Shown: positions 54,242 through 62,308, counted from the first letter of the stretch. The stretch: 64,000 nt of DNA from Candidatus Melainabacteria bacterium (GCA_003153555.1 PLZS01000038.1:6120-70119), one strand, 5' to 3'. Made by a program: numbers and translations. The notes: generated by a model from the sequence alone, not told the origin.

Positions 54242-54339
54242 CTGCTTGTGGGTTCGCCGTTGCGTGCTAGCATGATAATAGTTGAACTTTTTTGCTGTGT
54301 CAGACGTATAAGTAAGTGATGAGTTCACGAGGTGCACAC
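54242..54339 (+). repeat. conserved leader, copy 4
   Basis: Near-identical to 51072..51170 but 1 nt shorter just before the start position (gcacacac vs gcacatcat). Confidence 0.85.
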
Positions 54340-54726
54340 ACGGCTGAATGGGAAATGGCATTTGAAAGGTTAGCCGGCGAGATGCGCATTGGCTTTGGTC
54401 AGGTCGTTTCGGCGGTTCAACAAACCAACGAGCAACTCGTTCAAACCAACCTGCGATTGGACCAAACCAACGAGCAGCTTGTTCAAAGCAACCTACGATT
54501 GGACCAAACCATCCTAAGATTGGACCAAACCAACCTACGATTGGACCAAACCAACCTGCGATTGGACCAAACCAACGAGCATCTTCAGGAATTTAAGCTA
54601 TCTGTAAACTCAAAGCTGGATGGTATCGGTAGCTATCTCAAACTGATTGACCGGAATTTTGTCGGAGTGGAAATGCGACTGACGAAGATCGAGCATCGAG
54701 TAGACAGGCTGGAAGACGTAGGGTAA
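54319..54726 (+). CDS. small coiled-coil protein, family copy 4 (8 heptads), altered start
   Basis: The family ATG is ACG here (54340-42). ATG 54319 from the leader is in frame and gives MSSRGAHT+AEWEMAF... The heptad array is 54421..54588. Confidence 0.6.
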   Translation: MSSRGAHTAEWEMAFERLAGEMRIGFGQVVSAVQQTNEQLVQTNLRLDQTNEQLVQSNLRLDQTILRLDQTNLRLDQTNLRLDQTNEHLQEFKLSVNSKLDGIGSYLKLIDRNFVGVEMRLTKIEHRVDRLEDVG

Positions 54727-54810
54727 CTCAGCTAACTTACTAACTTACACAAGTCTTGTACAACTGCATAGGCAGTGCCTGTAACTTGTACATCTGAGAT
54801 CTGAGAATCG

Positions 54811-54984
54811 AATCTTCAACGATGTCACCGCGGGCGGTGCACGAGGCAGATACCAGGTGGCGCCTCTTAGTTAGCCCTTTTTCAGATTTTGGTCGGACTT
54901 TGGCTGTCGGCGCACAGGACCGCTTACGAACCGAATGCGGATGAAGAAAGGGTTTATAGCGAAAGGGCACGAGGACTGGACTAA
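54811..54984 (+). pseudogene. frameshifted remnant of a BrnT-like (DUF497) toxin
   Basis: One frame reads IFNDV and HEADTRWRLLVSPFSDFGRTLAVGAQDR. Another reads AHRTAYEPNADEERVYSERARGLD*. Together these resemble the BrnT pattern vFdDp...E.R....G....gr.L.V..t.R...ISAR.A...Er.iY. The TAA overlaps the next ATG. Weak call. Confidence 0.3.
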
Positions 54985-55139
54985 TGACAAGCAACAAGCA
55001 AGACAAGCTCAAGGAAATAGAGAAATTCGACAAGGACACGGAACTGTGGGAAACCAGGCGGTTAGGGGACTCCGCTGAACACGCCGTACCGATTTCCGAC
55101 GAGGAAGAGAAAGAAATAGACGACGCAATGGCATCTTGA
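54984..55139 (+). CDS. truncated BrnA/CopG-type antitoxin (N-terminal part only)
   Basis: The 51-aa ORF MTSNKQDKLKEIEKFDKDTELWETRRLGDSAEHAVPISDEEEKEIDDAMAS resembles the N-terminal region of COG5304-type antitoxins (..WE.g.LG...ehv......e...iD.alg). The ribbon-helix-helix half is absent. Below the ORF-track cutoff. Confidence 0.4.
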   Translation: MTSNKQDKLKEIEKFDKDTELWETRRLGDSAEHAVPISDEEEKEIDDAMAS

Positions 55140-55140
55140 T

Positions 55141-55166
55141 GTAATATTCAAAATTTTGTATAATAC
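55141..55166. promoter_or_regulatory. imperfect 26-nt palindrome containing a TATAAT box
   Basis: gtaatattc-aaaatttt-gtataatac has arms matching 7/9. TATAAT at 55159-64 lies 6 nt before ATG 55171. Confidence 0.3.
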
Positions 55167-55170
55167 TCAA

Positions 55171-55471
55171 ATGAAGAAGGTCGTCTGGCTCGGCTGTAGC
55201 TACGAGCCGCGCCGGACAAGAACTAAACCAAGTGCAGTTCGGGCGGATGCCAGATGATTGGAAACCTATGGCAAGTGTCGGTCAAGGCGCGATAGAGATA
55301 AGGATTCATAAGCCGCACGAGCATCGGGTTATTTACGCAGCGAAGTTCGAGGATGCAGTGTATGTGCTGCATGCCTTCGAGAAGAAGACACAGAAGACGC
55401 CGGAGAAAGACTTGAAGATAGCGAGGGCTGCATATGCCGAAATCAAAAAGCATGAAGATAAAAACGGTTAA
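55171..55471 (+). pseudogene. RelE/ParE-superfamily toxin (phage Gp49/DUF891-like) with 5' deletion and frameshift
   Basis: ATG 55171 gives MKKVVWLGCS.., the family start, but that frame ends after 28 codons. The family body (QFGRMPDDWKPMASVGQGAIEIRIHKPHEHRVIYAAKFEDAVYVLHAFEKKTQKTPEKDLKIA) is in another frame (55232..55471), and about 15 codons appear to be missing between them. Confidence 0.5.
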
Positions 55472-55766
55472 TGGTGTCACCTTCTTAGAAGGCTCAGACA
55501 ACATCTTCCGCGACCTAGGCTTTCCAGAACCAGAAGCAGCGAGTCTTTTGGGGCGTTCACACTTGATGATTGAGATCAAGAACATCATAGACGAGCGCAA
55601 GCTGACTCAGACGCAAGCGGCCAAAATATTGGGAGTACGGCAGCCACGTGTATCGGCGATGTACACTGGGAGGCTAGAGGATTTCACGATAGACATGCTA
55701 GTACAGTGGCTGGCCAAGTTAGGGAAGCAGGTCACGATCACGGTTGAGGATCGCGATGTGGCGTAA
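55434..55766 (+). CDS. XRE-family HTH antitoxin (partner of Gp49-like toxins)
   Basis: NIFRDLGF...ERKLTQTQAAKILGVRQPRVSAMYTGRLEDFTIDMLVQWLAKLGKQVTITVE. It overlaps the toxin's 3' end. Confidence 0.75.
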   Translation: MPKSKSMKIKTVNGVTFLEGSDNIFRDLGFPEPEAASLLGRSHLMIEIKNIIDERKLTQTQAAKILGVRQPRVSAMYTGRLEDFTIDMLVQWLAKLGKQVTITVEDRDVA

Positions 55767-55823
55767 GGCGAACGACAACTGTCGCCGCACCCAAAAGTAA
55801 AAGCGGAATGAAGCAACAGCAAA

Positions 55824-57707
55824 GTGGATAACACCGAGATTGAAGCGATTCTTTTAAAGGTCTTAGCAATTCGGTCTGAAATGGTCGCCGATGTTGCCCA
55901 GGCCAGCGCTCGGCTTGATGCAATTCACGACAACTACCGCGAGAGCGCCCGAAATCTCTTGCACTACCTGTCGCTTCGCCGCCACGACTTGCGAAAGTTG
56001 CAAAGCCGATTGGCGGCGCTCGGGCTATCGTCGCTCGGTCGAGCAGAATCGCATGTTCTTGCTACGGTCGATTCGGTGTTGAGTATTCTTTATCGGCTCT
56101 CCCGGGCGGGCGAGCAGCAGCAGCCTTATGAGTCTACTGCACTCGATTTCAAGAAAGGAAAGCGCTTGCTCGACGAACACACCGAAGCACTGTTTGGCCC
56201 TTCACCTATAGGCCGCACCGTGCGAATCATGGTTACCATGCCAACAGAAGCGGCTTACGATGCCAATCTCATTCACGACCTCCTGGAGCAAGGCATGAAC
56301 TGTATGCGCATCAACTGCGCCCACGACGGCCCCGCCACCTGGCTCAAGATGATCGAGCACTTGAGACGGGCTGAGCGATCAACGGGAAAAACTTGTCGTA
56401 TCTTTATGGATCTCTCCGGGCCGAAGCTACGAACTGGACCTCTCGAGCCGGGCCCAGCGGTGATCCGCATTCGCCCGCGTCGCGACCTGTACGGCAGAGT
56501 GATCGCTCCTGCGCGAATCTGGCTGACAGCAGATTCCTCTCGCCATGCTCCACCCGCCGGAGGCGCTGCTGATGCCGTTCTGTACGTGTCAGCCTCATGG
56601 CTGGCTGCTCTGCAAGTGGGCGAAAAGGTCCATCTTACTGACGCGCGAGAGTCCAGGCGAACTCTCCTTATCGTTGAGGTCAACAATCATGGATGCTGGG
56701 CGGAGGCAAATAAGACTATTTACCTCGTCCCTGACACAGTCCTTCATCGCCAGGAGACGGCAGAAAACCAGTCCGAGTGTCAAACTACCTTGAAAGACTT
56801 TCCACCCTCGCTAAATTGTCTGCACTTGAATGCAGGCGATTTTCTCCATCTGACGAGGACCCTCAACCCGGGTCGGCCAGCCATTCGATGCCAGGATGGC
56901 AGCCTCCTCAGCCCGGCAACAATAGGCTGCACTCTTCCAGAAGGGTTCGACAAAGTACAGCCGGGTGAGCCAATCTGGTTCGACGATGGGAAGATCGGCG
57001 GCAAGATCGAAAAGGTGGAAAGCGACCGAGTAATCGTGCGAATTACAAATTCGCGCCCGAGTGGTGAAAAACTACGTGCTGACAAAGGCATCAATTTGCC
57101 CGAGAGTGACATTGAATTAGCGGCCATGACACCTAAAGATGTTGAAGATCTCGAATTCGTCGCCAATTACGCGGACGTGGTCGAACTCTCTTTCGCTAAT
57201 ACCGCACGCGATGTTGAGATGCTCCAGGAGCGCTTGCGGGGCCTTGGCGAACGTAGTCCGGGCATTGTCCTCAAAATAGAAACGAAGCGCGGCTTCGAGA
57301 ATCTGCCGGAGATGATGTTGTCAGCCATGCGCTGGCCTAGCTGCGGTGTGATGATCGCGCGCGGCGATCTGGCGATCGAGTGCGGGTTTGAAAGACTCGC
57401 TGAAGTGCAGGAGGAAATTCTCTGGATTTGCGAAGCAGCCCACATTCCCGTTATATGGGCGACGCAGGTTTTGGAGTCGCTCGCTCAAAGAGGTGTGCCG
57501 TCGCGCGCGGAAATTTCCGACGCAGCCATGGGTCACCGAGCCGAGTGCGTGATGTTGAATAAAGGTCCACATATCCTCGACGCCGTGCGCGCGCTTGATG
57601 ATATTCTTCGGCGGATGCAAACTCACCAGGCAAAGAAAAGCTCCATGCTTCGCGGTCTGCGCCTCGCTCGCACACCGGCCGAGAGGTTTGATGGCAGCGA
57701 CGGATGA
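55824..57707 (+). CDS. pyruvate-kinase-family protein (atypical: N-terminal extension, enlarged lid, no C-terminal regulatory domain)
   Basis: MNCMRINCAHD, KIETKRGFENLPEMM, GVMIARGDLAIECGFERLAEVQEEI, PVIWATQVLESL and PSRAEISDAA parallel canonical PK barrel motifs. GTG start. The region is visibly G+C-richer than its flanks. Confidence 0.75.
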   Translation: MDNTEIEAILLKVLAIRSEMVADVAQASARLDAIHDNYRESARNLLHYLSLRRHDLRKLQSRLAALGLSSLGRAESHVLATVDSVLSILYRLSRAGEQQQPYESTALDFKKGKRLLDEHTEALFGPSPIGRTVRIMVTMPTEAAYDANLIHDLLEQGMNCMRINCAHDGPATWLKMIEHLRRAERSTGKTCRIFMDLSGPKLRTGPLEPGPAVIRIRPRRDLYGRVIAPARIWLTADSSRHAPPAGGAADAVLYVSASWLAALQVGEKVHLTDARESRRTLLIVEVNNHGCWAEANKTIYLVPDTVLHRQETAENQSECQTTLKDFPPSLNCLHLNAGDFLHLTRTLNPGRPAIRCQDGSLLSPATIGCTLPEGFDKVQPGEPIWFDDGKIGGKIEKVESDRVIVRITNSRPSGEKLRADKGINLPESDIELAAMTPKDVEDLEFVANYADVVELSFANTARDVEMLQERLRGLGERSPGIVLKIETKRGFENLPEMMLSAMRWPSCGVMIARGDLAIECGFERLAEVQEEILWICEAAHIPVIWATQVLESLAQRGVPSRAEISDAAMGHRAECVMLNKGPHILDAVRALDDILRRMQTHQAKKSSMLRGLRLARTPAERFDGSDG

Positions 57708-57783
57708 TTGCTCCAGTGAAGCGGGACTAGCCGCGTCGTATTGGAAAACTGCACCACGAAAGCTTTGCTCAAGAAAATAACAA

Positions 57784-58554
57784 ATGCACAAACTGCTTCA
57801 GAAAAATGATAATTGCATAGCAAGGCGGCGAGCAGTTATAGGCGCGCTATTTATCATGGTTCCTTTTCTATGCAACCATTCACTTGCTTCCGGATCCGAC
57901 GGACTTGTCATTGCTCAATCAGGAATCTTTTCTGGCGAAACCACTACATACCTAAAGCCTTTAGTTGCTATCAAGGTTGTAAGACAAAAGTCGAATATGT
58001 GTTTCATTTCAACAGCACCGAAGTGGGACATCATTCTCACGAACACCAAAACAAAGACTTGGTGCCATCTCACCAATGATACATTCAAGGGTCCAATTAA
58101 CAGTTCGGCAATGTTGATTTTAACGGGACAGAATGTAGAAAAATTGAATTGGATTAAGCACGAGCAAAAAGCAACAACCATGTTTGGAATTCCGGTTTTA
58201 GAATATCAAAGCTCATTAGTCGATACAAACACTGGCCAACTGTCGCCGCACCTGAAGGCAATTCTGTTCGTAATGAAGGATGATGGAATTCCAAAAACTG
58301 TAGCTTCAGCAGCGTGCAGATTTCTCGCTTTCCGCTGTGCATTAGGAGCGCTGCCATTGAAAATAGTTTACCCCAAACACACCGACAGCATGATCGTGAT
58401 GCATACAACTTCTGTGCAACACAGAATAGTTAAGAATGCTGAATTTGAGGTGCCGCAGGGATTTACGAAAGTCGCGAACGAGCAAAGTGTTGTTCGAGAC
58501 ATCGCCGCTCAAGACGCGATCGAACAGATGGTGAATTCTATGGGTGGGAAATAA
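57784..58554 (+). CDS. hypothetical secreted protein (APKW-motif family)
   Basis: Signal-like AVIGALFIMVPFLCNHSLASG. Distant paralog of 14835..15677. Its last 64 nt plus 8 nt downstream are copied exactly at 63043..63114. Confidence 0.55.
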   Translation: MHKLLQKNDNCIARRRAVIGALFIMVPFLCNHSLASGSDGLVIAQSGIFSGETTTYLKPLVAIKVVRQKSNMCFISTAPKWDIILTNTKTKTWCHLTNDTFKGPINSSAMLILTGQNVEKLNWIKHEQKATTMFGIPVLEYQSSLVDTNTGQLSPHLKAILFVMKDDGIPKTVASAACRFLAFRCALGALPLKIVYPKHTDSMIVMHTTSVQHRIVKNAEFEVPQGFTKVANEQSVVRDIAAQDAIEQMVNSMGGK

Positions 58555-58575
58555 CGCTTGAGCAGTTTCCGCTGA

Positions 58576-59361
58576 CTATGGATTGCCATCTGACCGACTG
58601 CTCCAAGCCAGAATTTGATTTAGCCTTTCTGTCAAGGTTCCCCCAACAATTTCGTAGCAGCTAGCTTTGCTCAAATATTGATCCATCTTCTTCAATCCAC
58701 TCGAAATTCTTATCAGATTGGAGTTAGGCACAATCTTACGAACGTATTCCGCTGAAGAAATTGCTCTATGTTGCAGTGGCTCATTTGTCTTAGCATCATT
58801 AAGATAGATCGCGACATCCAGCGCTGAAGAGCTGTCATGTTCAGCAGCAGCAAGACCTAGAGGAAACCACTCCCCAAAAAAGATAGGCTCTGGATCTATG
58901 TGCACTGTTTTTTTGATTAGCTCTCGTGTACCTGCTTTTAGTGAAAAAGGAGATCGAAATGCAATCACAGAGTCCTGCACCAGATCAAAAAGTGTTAAAT
59001 CCTCAGAAAAGATCTTCCATTCATGGCCAAGCGCAAGAGCCATGCTAGTGGTGCTCTTTCCAGAACCGGACTTGCCTGCAATCAAAACTTTCGCGCCCTC
59101 TGGCGAGACAAGACAAGCCGCGTCGATCCATAGGAATCCCGAATGGCACCGGAGAATATAATTGATAAGCAAACGTGGATCCCTACCGTCACCCAACTCT
59201 ACTTTACGAGACTCTCCGTCTGTTGCTGAGGCAAGCGTCAGTATTTGCGCCAGTTCCTTTTCAAACTCAACACTTTCGCTCACCACAGAAAAAACAACCC
59301 GTCCCAGCTTGTATACAGGTTTGGTTGTGCCAGTCGTCTGAATTATTGGAGATGTACTCAT
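58576..59361 (-). CDS. HPr-kinase-C-terminal-like P-loop protein
   Basis: LIAGKSGSGKSTTSMALALGHEWKIFSEDLTLF parallels the HprK catalytic-domain motif G.SG.GKS..al.L...GH.lv.DD. There is no N-terminal HprK domain. Confidence 0.45.
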   Translation of the reverse strand: MSTSPIIQTTGTTKPVYKLGRVVFSVVSESVEFEKELAQILTLASATDGESRKVELGDGRDPRLLINYILRCHSGFLWIDAACLVSPEGAKVLIAGKSGSGKSTTSMALALGHEWKIFSEDLTLFDLVQDSVIAFRSPFSLKAGTRELIKKTVHIDPEPIFFGEWFPLGLAAAEHDSSSALDVAIYLNDAKTNEPLQHRAISSAEYVRKIVPNSNLIRISSGLKKMDQYLSKASCYEIVGGTLTERLNQILAWSSRSDGNP

Positions 59362-59578
59362 GGTTTTAGCCTGCTCGCGCTTAGCATGAAATTGACTAAT
59401 CAGGCGTAATATTGGACCTTGGAAACAGGCAATAGAATATCATCCAAAGCCCTTGGGCGTCATCAGTTTGTATCAAGCATCCGCAACGCCTACCGTCTTG
59501 TTTCCGATAACGGAAGTAATAGCTTGCTTTCCATTTTCACAGCATGAGATATTTGAGTCCGAAAGCAAGGGATAAGAT

Positions 59579-60112
59579 GTGAACAAATCGAGATTGCGGT
59601 TTCGCCTGGCGACTTTGGTCGTTTTAGTGTCTATCACACCCTTTGCCATCCCAAACTGGCGAACCCCCACGGCGAAGATCGGAGAGCAAGCCCTAAGTTT
59701 GGAGCTTGCCAGCTCATGGGACAAACAGAAGAAAGGACTAATGTTCCGAAAGTCGATGCCTGAAAATCATGGCATGCTCTTTTTATTTTCCCCGCCCAGG
59801 ACTGTCAATTTTTGGATGTATCACACGCTGATACCATTGGACATTTTGTTTATTGAAAACGACAAAATCGTCAAGGTTTTTCATAATGTGCCACCATGCA
59901 CATCGGAGGTTGCAACTGATTGTCCAAGATATGGTGGCATAAAGGCGTCTGAAGTATTGGAGCTTAACGGCGGCTACGCAGTCAGGCACCACGTGGGGGA
60001 AGGCGATTCTATAAAGTTTGATCGATGGTTTCGTCTAGCGAGTTTTGCGGAATTGTACGAAAAGGTCAAAAATCCATTGCGACCTTTGATCAAATTGATT
60101 CGATCAAAATAA
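59579..60112 (+). CDS. DUF192 domain protein, secreted
   Basis: KKGLMFRKSMPENHGMLFLFSPPRTVNFWMYHTLIPLDILFIENDKIV is the DUF192 core. Signal-like N-terminus. Confidence 0.7.
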   Translation: MNKSRLRFRLATLVVLVSITPFAIPNWRTPTAKIGEQALSLELASSWDKQKKGLMFRKSMPENHGMLFLFSPPRTVNFWMYHTLIPLDILFIENDKIVKVFHNVPPCTSEVATDCPRYGGIKASEVLELNGGYAVRHHVGEGDSIKFDRWFRLASFAELYEKVKNPLRPLIKLIRSK

Positions 60113-60348
60113 TCCGAAGAGACTGCAGCGAGTGCTTGTGGTCTCGAAAGTGGCAAACTTCGCAATCGATCTGCCTGATGCGTCACTGGCAATTCAACCA
60201 TCTGCTATTCATCAAGCTTATCAACCTGGTATTGCCACCATCCATGATTTCCCAATGTTGCTAGACCAGGGCGGCAGTGATGGAAAATTCCACCATCATG
60301 TGGCGATAATTTCCCAATCGGCATTAGTTCACTCATACCCGTATTAGC

Positions 60349-60395
60349 TAATTTTCCGACTATCTACTAGCCAATTTCTCGGCTATCTACTAGAC
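60349..60395 (+). repeat. two tandem ~23-nt imperfect direct repeats upstream of the ATPase gene
   Basis: aattttccgactatctactag and aatttctcggctatctactag, about 35 nt before the 60428 start. Possible regulator sites. Confidence 0.5.
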
Positions 60396-60427
60396 TATTT
60401 ACAGAAAGGTAGTCTTGAGGTCTGTGG

Positions 60428-61711
60428 ATGTCAGAACTTGTAAAGCGCCATCTTGTCTCAAAAGTCAAAGAGGCATTGCAGACCAGCCGGATTGTCAACA
60501 TAGTCGGACCTCGGCAGTCCGGCAAAAGCACCCTGGTTAAGTATCAACTACCGATCGCAGAGTATTTGACGATGGATTCGGACAGTATCCGAAACTCCAT
60601 GCATGCCGATGCATATGCCCATTTGCGTAGCCTCGCCGATAAGCACAAAGCCACTCAATTGCCGATTGTGTTAGATGAGGTGCAGCGTCTCCCAGAGATC
60701 TCTCTTGCCCTAAAGCGAATTGTTGATGAGGATAACAAGAAGGGTCAATTCTTGCTCACAGGCTCCGCTGATGTCTTTGGTTTAGTCGGCTCTGGAGATT
60801 CTCTCGCTGGGCGAGTTCATACGCTTCTCCTCCGTCCGCTGAGCGTAGCGGAAATAAATAATGCTGGTCCTTGCCAGTTGTTGGATGCTGTCGAAAAAGC
60901 CCCAGAGGCAATTATGTCAGCACTGCCAGGCATCAAACAGTATTCGAGAGCGACTGCTATCGAGCTGATATTGAGGGGTGGTTATCCGGAGATTCGTGTT
61001 CTGGCTGATCGTCAACGAATTGAGCGCTATAGCAGCTACATTGACAGCATTATCATAAAAGACGTGCCTATTGTTTCTCCGGTGCGCAAGCCGGAGCTAC
61101 TGCGTCGACTGATTGATCAGTTGGCGGCTCGCACGGCACAAGAACTAAATATGTCCAATCTTTGCAATGCGGTGGGTGCTCGAAAAGAAACCGTGGAAAG
61201 CTGGGTTGATACATTAGAGCGGGTTTGCTTGGTGCTCCGATTACCGTCATGGGCACCATCTGCTGCAAAGCGCGCGGTTCACTGGCCAAAGCTACACTTC
61301 CTTGATACTGGCTGTGCTGCAGCATTGCGTAATGAGACGCAAGCAAGTTTTGATTTTAGTGCAGACCCTGCAGCCTTTGGAGCGATGCTTGAAACCTTTG
61401 TCCATCAGGAACTGGAGAAGATTCTACCCCTGGCTAGTAGTCACTGGCGGCTAGCTCACTGGCGTTCTGACAATGCCGAGATCGACATAGTGGCAGAGTG
61501 TCCTGGGCGCAGCTTGGCACTGTTTGAAATTAAGGCGACATCCTCAGTAACTCAGTCCGATTTTAAATCGATTGATTGGTTCCTGAAAGATGGTCCTGGT
61601 AAAGCCTATGCTGCGAGGTCGGTCGGATTTGTGGTCTATCTTGGTGACCAATTACTGACGATGGGACCAAACAGAATCTGCCTGCCGCTTTCGGCTTTCT
61701 GGTCCTATTGA
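60428..61711 (+). CDS. AAA-family ATPase with DUF4143-type C-terminal domain
   Basis: Walker A GPRQSGKSTL, Walker B IVLDEVQ. The C-terminal region (HFLDTG...FE..V..EL.K...........W) is typical of AAA_14/DUF4143 proteins. Confidence 0.8.
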   Translation: MSELVKRHLVSKVKEALQTSRIVNIVGPRQSGKSTLVKYQLPIAEYLTMDSDSIRNSMHADAYAHLRSLADKHKATQLPIVLDEVQRLPEISLALKRIVDEDNKKGQFLLTGSADVFGLVGSGDSLAGRVHTLLLRPLSVAEINNAGPCQLLDAVEKAPEAIMSALPGIKQYSRATAIELILRGGYPEIRVLADRQRIERYSSYIDSIIIKDVPIVSPVRKPELLRRLIDQLAARTAQELNMSNLCNAVGARKETVESWVDTLERVCLVLRLPSWAPSAAKRAVHWPKLHFLDTGCAAALRNETQASFDFSADPAAFGAMLETFVHQELEKILPLASSHWRLAHWRSDNAEIDIVAECPGRSLALFEIKATSSVTQSDFKSIDWFLKDGPGKAYAARSVGFVVYLGDQLLTMGPNRICLPLSAFWSY

Positions 61712-61751
61712 TGAAGATTCGGGTGGCGTAATTGTAGCGGCGTGACAGTAC

Positions 61752-61901
61752 CAAGAGGCGGCAAAGAGGTTGGATGTTCATCAGCCTCGTATTTCAGATC
61801 TTTTGCACGTTGATCTGTTCTCTACAGATACGCTGGTTGAATGGTTGGATAAGCTCGGAAAAAAAGTGGAGCTGACGCTAAAAAATAAAGCTGTGGCATG
61901 A
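61752..61901 (+). pseudogene. 3' fragment of an XRE-family antitoxin (same family as 55434..55766)
   Basis: QEAAKRLDVHQPRISDLLHVDLFSTDTLVEWLDKLGKKVELTLKNKAVA* aligns with QAAKILGVRQPRVSAMYTGRLEDFTIDMLVQWLAKLGKQVTITVE. A stop codon lies immediately upstream and there is no N-terminal half. Confidence 0.5.
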
Positions 61902-61972
61902 AATTTTCTAGGAGTCTGTCGGAATAATCCCGCTTGGACATCAGCGGAAAAGCAAGATCGAAATGAGCGGAA

Positions 61973-62308
61973 CTATTTTATGCGCTTATCACAAGAAGCT
62001 GTCAGCGGTCGAGCACGTTTGACCCGCTCGCGTTCTCGGGGCGAGTGCATCGCCTCCCATAGATCGCTGCGCCGCTGCACGTTCAGCCAGAAATCAGGGC
62101 TGTTGCCAAATACGCGGGCAAGGATGAGCGCGGTCGGGGCAGTCACTGCCCTGCGCTGGTTGCACAGCTCGTTGACGTGCTTGCGTTGTACGCCCATCGC
62201 GTTAGCCAACGCGCTTTGCGTCAGTCCCATCGGCTCCATGAACTCTTCGATCAGAATTTCGCCTATGCTCACCGGCTTACGCTTCGTTGTCAACACAAAC
62301 CACCTCAC
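61973..62308 (-). CDS. higA: HigA-family antitoxin (XRE HTH)
   Basis: PVSIGEILIEEFMEPMGLTQSALANAMGVQRKHVNELCNQRRAVTAPTALILARVFGNSPDFWLNVQ. Confidence 0.85.
   Translation of the reverse strand: MRWFVLTTKRKPVSIGEILIEEFMEPMGLTQSALANAMGVQRKHVNELCNQRRAVTAPTALILARVFGNSPDFWLNVQRRSDLWEAMHSPRERERVKRARPLTASCDKRIK

Noticed and set aside
54740-55039. A 99-aa minus-strand ORF.
   Set aside because: It has no motif. The plus strand here carries recognisable, if decayed, BrnT/BrnA-like frames with a TAATG coupling, which explains the region better.
56273-57791. Several 60-156-aa ORFs on both strands inside the pyruvate-kinase-like gene.
   Set aside because: These are typical shadow ORFs of a G+C-rich coding region. 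The plus-strand 627-aa frame carries all the PK motifs.
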